Of a stretch of DNA of 57,881 bases, positions 51,501-57,881 are shown piece after piece. The notes beneath the pieces were generated by a model that did no database searches, was not told the DNA's origin, and saw only the letters and a program-made list of their open reading frames with translations. This stretch comes from Ginglymostoma cirratum (Eukaryota). The stretch covers positions 19,115,760 to 19,173,640 of the forward strand of contig JAHRHZ010000002.1 in the NCBI GenBank assembly GCA_024137785.1, given 5' to 3'. The stretch's first letter is position 1. The number at the start of each line of letters is the position of its first letter. Position numbers and translations under genes: made by a program.

Positions 51501-53975
51501 GACTTCCGCAGTCGAGCTGCATAAAAAGGACTATCATCCAATTTGTACCCATCTGGTTTACCTCGCGTCCAGGAAACTGCACCAACTAGAATTGGGGTTC
51601 CTTCAATGTCCAAGGCGCAGTTCAGCGTGACCGATTCTCCCTCTGTTACAGTTATAAAGGGAGGGAACTGGAAGACAGTGACATTCATCTTCGTATCCAC
51701 TGGTAGAAAGAAAAGATTATTGGTTACAATTTTATTCATATTTTTGTGTATATATATAATATATATATAGATTAAACAAACAGGAGGTGTTAGCAGTTTA
51801 AGATACATTACATGCCTGCCGAAAGTGCATGAAACCTTCACCATATAAGATAGGGTCTGAACCACGAAGTCAGATGAACGTTTTATTGTGCTACTCCTTT
51901 TCACTGCCTTGTGATCTGAACCAAGAGTTCAAACCCTAAAAGGCAATTGCTAAAGCAATGTCGAGATCCTCTATCGCTCAACATTTTACTTTTTGATTAT
52001 TAATTGCTTTCTATTAATGTGGGGCAACATTGAGCCTTCGTTGCTGGGGTTTCCTTAAACTTAAAGAAATTGCAGCAACATTTGCAAGGTGGGGCAAAAG
52101 TGAAGGGAGTTCTGTGCCGACCTGGCAACAGGGAAACTCCGATTAATTTACTTGTTTGATTCTACTCATATCGACTATATGAAATCGCGTGTAATCTGCA
52201 AACTAGAAACAAATTTAGCCCGTAGAAGTTCGTTGAACATATGTGCGAAAGGATGCTGTTGCACCCTAACTTCGTCGACTTTATTTTGAATAAGCTGTTC
52301 ATCTATTTAAGCCGAGCAGGTGATTGCGTTTCTGATAGCTGGCGAGACCTTCATCTTACATAGCGGTTATTATTGTACATCATACTGATACAGCACTTTC
52401 CAGGGCTCATAATCCGAGCACGACTGTTCCCTAACTACGTAAAAACCGAAGGAACTGCACATGCTGCAAATCAGGAATAGTGTCTGACGAAGGGTCACCG
52501 GACCCGAAACGTTGATTTTGAATTTTCTTCAAAGATGCAGCCAGACATGTTGAGCTTTTGTTCTGTTCTTACTCCCTTACTGTTGAAATGTCGAAGTGAG
52601 CTCTGAACTTCAAGGAAATCTACATCAAGTAACTAAAAAAATCACAAGACGCAGTGTGATTTGCAAAGAGGAATCAAGAGCGCGTTGTGATTTAGAGAGT
52701 AGAACAGATCGCGGGAGCAAGATAAGCGGAAGAAGCGCGAGGGTCAGATAAAAGGAAATGGATATTCAGAAGTCGGGAATAAAAATGACTACGTTCCATT
52801 GACGTAGGATCAAGGAAAGGATTCCATACGAGAAGCAGAAAGATGGAAGAAAAGGAAGTTTGTATAAGAAAGGGTGAAAATAAGGGAAGAAACAAAGTGG
52901 GGTGACTACCACAAGTAATGATGGTGGTATTGGGCTATACTGACAGTGTTGGCCGGGTGGTCGTCGTGTGAGGAGTTATAGGGTGGTGAAGTTTAGGGTT
53001 GATGATCACAAGGTGTAAGAAGAATAGCTTCGTCCGAGATAGGGAAGGCCCTTGTTCGAACGCAGATCCACCAGATTGCTGGAAAGATGTTGACTTTTCC
53101 TGATCATCTGGTCGACGATATAAGATCAGGAGGCTGACAGTATGGGGAGGTTCACGGACGATCGCACTGAGCTTTGGTTGAACCCACAGTTGCTCAGATA
53201 TTTAAGCAATCCCCAAGAAGCAAAATCTAGACAACACCCGGGTCTGGGCGAAAAATCCTGTAAACAATACAAATGTGAGCGACGCGTACGTCCCGTGAGC
53301 AAAATAAAAGCAAAGGATTACACCATAATAATTACACGTGTTTATGATTTTTTTGGAAAAAGAAAATAACTATAAATTTGTATAGCGTCCCTTCACATCC
53401 TTGAATTATACGAAATGCTTCAGAATTGAACCTTGCTTTTCAGTTATTGTTGAGAAATCTAACGTGGGCATCAAATCCTGTCAGCAGCGCCTCACTCGTC
53501 GGCTTCAATTCAGTTAAAAGGTTCGCCCCAAATTTCTAAAACCCTCCGCCGTAATTTCGATGCGAGATAGCTTGTGACACTTAGCTGCCGATCTCCCACC
53601 AAAATTCCGAGCAGGAGAGAGAGAGAAATCCTGGCAGAAACTGCACCTCTGTGAGTCCCAACATTGTATCCCAACTTAGGATAAAATTGCGGGAGTGATA
53701 CTATGTTTTATACCGCAGCCGTCTGTGAGTTGCAGGCGCTTGACGTTCACAAATTCGCTTCCGTTCGCATTTCTGTGGATATTTCAACCAGTCCAATTAC
53801 CCGTGGCAAGATGACAATCGCTTCTTAGAACACCCGTAGTTTCTGCAACATTTGCGACGCAAAATAATGTTTTTTTTTAATCCTCGATTTGGAACGGCAA
53901 AAATCAGTGGAACTCACCCGCGCTTGTTGCAAAGATAATCGACTGCATGAGGGTCAGCAGTTGTCGTAAAACCAT
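48502..53975 (-). CDS. NCR3: Gene B: NKp30/NCR3-like single VJ-type IgV receptor, first 6 exons (199 aa). complement(join(48502..48530,49385..49413,49510..49528,50219..50338,51358..51699,53918..53975)); terminal exon uncertain
   Basis: V domain motifs LVGAVSW and YYCRVSVMGREGRDGNGTKLEVK resemble, from memory, human NKp30 AIGSVTW and YVCRVEVLGLGVGTGNGTRLVVEK. Junctions are GT-AG with phases 1,1,1,2,1,0. The symbol indicates likely family, not proven orthology. Confidence 0.7.
48901..49192 (+). mobile_element. HE1-like SINE
   Basis: ggttagcactgct...ggttcgattccacc...acgctgtagggattcta. Confidence 0.85.
49385..49413 (-). CDS. Gene B exon 5 (DLGATNTTY)
   Basis: acceptor ttttgctttttatag, donor G|gtatgt, phase 2 to 1. 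Confidence 0.75.
49510..49528 (-). CDS. Gene B exon 4, 19-nt micro-exon (AILRLKR)
   Basis: acceptor tttattttccag, donor AG|gtacgg; same length and phase as gene A exon 4. Confidence 0.8.
50219..50338 (-). CDS. Gene B exon 3, stalk plus transmembrane (KEAEKNSGNNNSLLGLGGAVTLLVIIVMVLMFGLIQQNK)
   Basis: acceptor tccttatttcag, 23-residue uncharged hydrophobic stretch, donor AAG|gtttgc. Confidence 0.88.
50917..51120 (-). mobile_element. HE1-like SINE, 3' part
   Basis: catagaatccttacagtgtggaagtaggccattcggcccatcgag...ttgcacatct. Confidence 0.8.
51358..51699 (-). CDS. Gene B exon 2, IgV (VJ-type) domain
   Basis: VFQFPPFITVTEGESVTLNC...VSW...INISDLIEKDSDTYYC...GNGTKLEVK; acceptor ttctttctaccag, donor C|gtaagt. 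Confidence 0.95.
52440..52570. mobile_element. Family B element with hammerhead motif (52484-52513) in gene B intron 1
   Basis: CTGACGA-agggtcaccggaccc-GAAAcgtt. Confidence 0.75.
53918..53975 (-). CDS. Gene B exon 1, signal peptide MVLRQLLTLMQSIIFATSA(V)
   Basis: agcATGG start, hydrophobic leader, phase-1 donor G|gtgagt. Confidence 0.85.
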
Positions 53976-54240
53976 GCTCTCTGGATTTGTCAGGAGGTGG
54001 CAGATAAGTCAATCTAGAAGGTGAGAAAGGTACTTAACATTAACGGTTCTCAAAGCGTGAATGGAATTATTTGCGGTCTCCACGTAGATGACACAGGATA
54101 TGCAAGTTGTGTCTGCAACTGAACTCTCTTCGGCTTTAAAACGGCCTTGTTTAGAGTTCTGGAATTGTCAATAAATACCTTGACCACAGTGTTTGATAAG
54201 TAGGAAACGCAGACCATGAAACAAAGCAACGACCCACATG
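53976..54240 (-). promoter_or_regulatory. Putative gene B promoter (GATA and RUNX-like motifs)
   Basis: cagataag at 54001, tgaccaca at 54181 and aggaaa nearby, upstream of the leader exon. Confidence 0.3.
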
Positions 54241-54699
54241 ACATGTATGTGTGATTTTATATTTAGGTCGTGGAGAGTCCCTGCCCCGCGCATTTCTCCA
54301 TGACGTTGGACTTGAAGATACGCAAAGGGGAGGAATGAAACTACCGGTTCTATTATACACAGTACCAGAAAATGCAAGTCTTTCTTTCTTTTTATATCCA
54401 AAAAAATGTTAGAAAATTCTAATCATTGTACTGGGTTGAGTGGGGAACAGAAGATTGGGCTTTATTAACCCATTAAGGCTAATTTTATCCTGCGGTACTC
54501 CATACTATTTTAATATAAGCCTAAAGTGGCTGCGCTCGAGCAGTTGGGAGTGTGACTAACAACATTCAGACACAGAGACGAGTTATACACATCCAGTTGT
54601 AGCTAGCATTGAAAGCTTTCACTTTCTCAAGGGGGATTCGAATGATTCGAACGTTTGGGAGATGATGGTTTGGTGCTCGGGGGTGGGTTTCTCGGGGGT

Positions 54700-54765
54700 G
54701 GGTTTCCTGCTCCTATGATGCTGCTTGACCTGCTGTGTTCATCCAGCCCCACGCTTGTTATCTCT
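54700..54765 (+). mobile_element. Family A fragment
   Basis: tttcctgctcctatgatgctgcttgacctgctgtgttcatccagc...ttgttatctc. Confidence 0.65.
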
Positions 54766-56669
54766 ATTTTTGTGCATGTTTCTCTGTGTGTGTGTGGTCT
54801 TTGGATAGTTAAGTGATGCTTATCTGGATTAGTAGACATACGCATGAAGTTTTCAGAGAAAGCTTAAGTTTCGAAATGTCGATCACAGCTAAGACTAGAA
54901 ATAGAGTGACAACTGGTATAACCTAACTGTCTTTTTCCTGGAATATACCACGATTTAAAGAGAATTAAAACTCATTATGTATGCAACAAATGGCGTGACT
55001 GATCGAATCTTCTACATTCGGTTGTGCTTTCATAATGACATAAATTGTACCGAACATTTGTTTGTTCAACCTGTAATAGCAACGTTTTATTATTTGCCTA
55101 TGGAGTGCAGCAAGGCTTCTTCAGAATGATTTCTAGGGAGACAGGATTGTCGCATAAGCAGAGACAGGACCGACGAGGCCTGCACTCACAGGACTTGAAT
55201 GAGACGAGGAATGCATTGCACTGCACAAAATTCTGGCAGAGCGAGACTGACTGTATGCTAGGCTAAAGTTTCTCCTGTCTGCGTCGTCCAAATGAAGGTG
55301 ATAACGTTTCATGATATGGGACAGACCATTTACAGATGAGGAGAGTAATGATTGATGTAATTCTTTGCCACATAAGGCTCCTGAGACTAAATCACTGAAC
55401 ATATTTAAGAAAGAAATAGATACATTTCTAGTGTTTAGTGGCGTCAAAGGCTATTGAGAGAGCTTGAAGGTATGGCCCTGAGATACAGAATCACCTTACA
55501 TTCATATTGAATGGTGGAGAAGGATTGATGGACCGAATAGGCTATTCCAGCTTCGTGTTTCAACCCTTCCATATTAGCAAGTGGGAAAGAATGAGTACAT
55601 TTTATTATGTATTCAGCTTCCTGGCAATTCAAAGAAATCTGTAGTGCCGGTCATGCCTTGATGTAGAAGCAGTTGCACGTTGTAGAAAATGCAAATCTTT
55701 GCTTCTTTGACTAAAGTTAAATTAGTGTTATTTTCGCCAGGCTTTCTTTAGTTTTTAATTGGAGCAGTTAGAGGTGAAAAACACACAAATGACGAAAATA
55801 TTTTTAAAATGTATGACTCTAAACTGCTAATTTTGCAGTTTTGGCATAAATGTGTGCTGAATCACGTAGCAGACCAATTGCTGTCCCTCAGAATAGAAAG
55901 GTTTATTTTCATCACTTCCGGCTTTAGTTCAGCAAAGAAAAAAACAGATTGGAGACATAAGTTGGCTTAAATACCTCTAATATTCAGAGTCAATAAATTC
56001 TCGTGTGCTATGATGGTGAAGTTTGCCCTTAATTCACACATAGTATATCATTTTTGAAAACCAGTATATTTTAGGAAGTTTTGAGTTGGGAGATTAGTAT
56101 GGGAATCTCACTGTTAGGTCCCATACCACACGATGCTTGATTTGCAGTGATTTTTCGGTTCGCACTTTCATTCCATTACAACTAATACACTTTGCTGAGA
56201 ATAGTAAATAAAGCCTGAAATAAAAGAGAAAATGTAGCAAATCAAAGGGAATGGAAGAAAGCTCCTGCAATGAGGGAAGAGTTGGTGGGACGCAATTTAA
56301 CCCATGACAAGTTATTGATTTACACAGATACTGAGCCTATGGTTTAAACCTGTTCACAGTTGGGGTACTCCTTGTCCCATGTGAAGGTCTGACGTACATT
56401 GATGCAAAGACACAGATAGCAGTGATTCGTCAAAACTGCATCATTACTGTGACATGAAACAGGCAAAATTACAGAAGCTGGATTACAGAGACACTTTGTC
56501 GAACAAATCCAAAGTTCTCACGTCTTCCCATGCCCTGATAACTCACTGAAATGACCTTTGGTAATTTCAATGTGCTGTGAACTCCACCAGCTTCAGTTGT
56601 GGCTTTCTTGAATTCTCCAATGAAGCTGAGAACAGGCTAGATGTTGAACCAAAAAGTCTGTGAAATCAA

Positions 56670-56890
56670 GTGAAATACTGCAGGTGCTGGAAATCTGAAA
56701 TACAAACAGGAAATGCTGTTCTGACAGCACTTGTAGAGAGAGAAAAAAAAACTGTTAATATTTAATGTGTACAGTTGAAAGTGAAAATCCTGAAGAAGAA
56801 TCAAATCCGACTCCAAATGTTAAGTTTCTTTCCATTTGCCTGGATGCTATCAAATTTGTTGACTTTCTCCCGCATTTTCTGCCTTTATTT
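56670..56890. mobile_element. Older degenerate inverted-repeat element of the same class
   Basis: aaatactgcaggtgctggaaatctgaaatacaaacaggaaatgctg...cctgaagaagaatc...gcattttctgcctttattt. Confidence 0.5.
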
Positions 56891-57576
56891 ACTCAGATTC
56901 TTCGTTATCCGTTATAGGTTCACCGGGAATTTCATAGATAGGTACTAATAAAGCCTATTATGAGTTCCTTGCTAATATTCCAACATGAATTCTAAGCCAC
57001 GAAGATTACAGTCATTCACAGCAGTAGACAGATGTACAATATGCATTGCTATCTTTCTAGGAGAGAATCTTTTCCTCCGTATCGAGTTCAGTGCTGCAGT
57101 TTTGTAGGAACATTGAAGTTAGGTTCAGGAAGATGTCGTTCAGTCTTTAGAGAATACTCCATCGTTTAATGAGATCCTGACTGATCTCACTGTGATCTCA
57201 GCTCCACTGTGTCTCCTGTCCCTGATAGCCTTTGACTGCCTTGCCCGTCAAAATCTTTTTAACTCAACCTTGAATAAATTTAAAGATACAACGCCCACTG
57301 CATCCTGGGAAGCGAATTCCAAAGATGACGAACATTCTGAGACAAAGAGAAAATATTACCCTCATCTTTGTCTTCCGTAAGAAAACTTTTGTTTTTAATC
57401 TATGTCCCCCAGTTCTAGAGTGTACTACTGGAGGAAACGTTACTTTAATCATTGATTAATCTATTTTCCTTTTCGTTGTCCCGAGGTCTACATTAGTCAA
57501 GTCAGAAGCGACTGAGTTAGATTCTATTCCTGGAAAGTGGTGCCTAATGTGCAAATATATAACAATGGGTACAATA

Positions 57577-57765
57577 TGTTATGGCCCAGACCAAACTCGC
57601 TCAAAATGTATTAAGAAGATAGTCTAGATCATGAAGTTATTTTAAAGTTAAGTGTAAGGCGTTGTGTTCTGGATGCAATTCGATTGGCTAAACTGTCAGG
57701 CTTGAAACAAAACACAGTTTATTCATATGTTACAATTAAACTACAGGCAAAGTTGAAACAAAATA
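57577..57765. mobile_element. LTR of the same family as 1419-2091, opposite orientation
   Basis: tgttatggcccagacc...aagaagatagtctaga is approximately the reverse complement of 2039-2091. Confidence 0.7.
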
Positions 57766-57769
57766 AAAG

Positions 57770-57881
57770 AGATAAAAGGTACTGCAGATGCTGGAGAATC
57801 CGAGATAACAAGCATGGGGCTGGATGAACACAGCAGGTCAAGCAGCATCATAGGAGCAGGAAAACTTGACGTTTCGGGCCT
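57770..57881 (-). mobile_element. Family A element truncated by the window end
   Basis: actgcagatgctggagaatccgagataacaag...gacgtttcgggcct. Confidence 0.75.

Noticed and set aside
51358-51699. Rearranging V segment or CD28/CTLA4 ortholog
   Set aside because: No RSS and no MYPPPY-type motif; the motifs match NKp30 better.

Overview
Eukaryotic, repeat-rich genomic DNA from an elasmobranch (shark), judged by the HE1-type tRNA-SINEs and CR1/HER1-type LINEs. By hand-splicing, the window holds two convergent (tail-to-tail) single-Ig-V-domain type I membrane receptor genes, each with a germline-joined VJ-type exon. Gene A (+, 8262-18584) has 7 exons and 238 aa, with a Cys-containing stalk and a polybasic tail. 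Gene B (-, ATG at 53975) has 6 exons resolved down to 48502, an uncertain last exon, and an NKp30/NCR3-like V domain, but an uncharged TM. Both share the intron phase series 1-1-1-2-1-0 and a 19-nt post-TM micro-exon, so they look like an old inverted duplication. The rest is transposon-derived: CR1 and Tx1/L1 LINE fragments, solo LTRs, SINEs, a Penelope GIY-YIG relic, and about a dozen short Penelope-type inverted-repeat elements carrying minimal hammerhead-ribozyme motifs, some with 13-15 bp target duplications. There are also two decayed tRNA copies (Gly, Val) and two 400-N assembly gaps. Exon coordinates come from manual reading; repeat boundaries are approximate.
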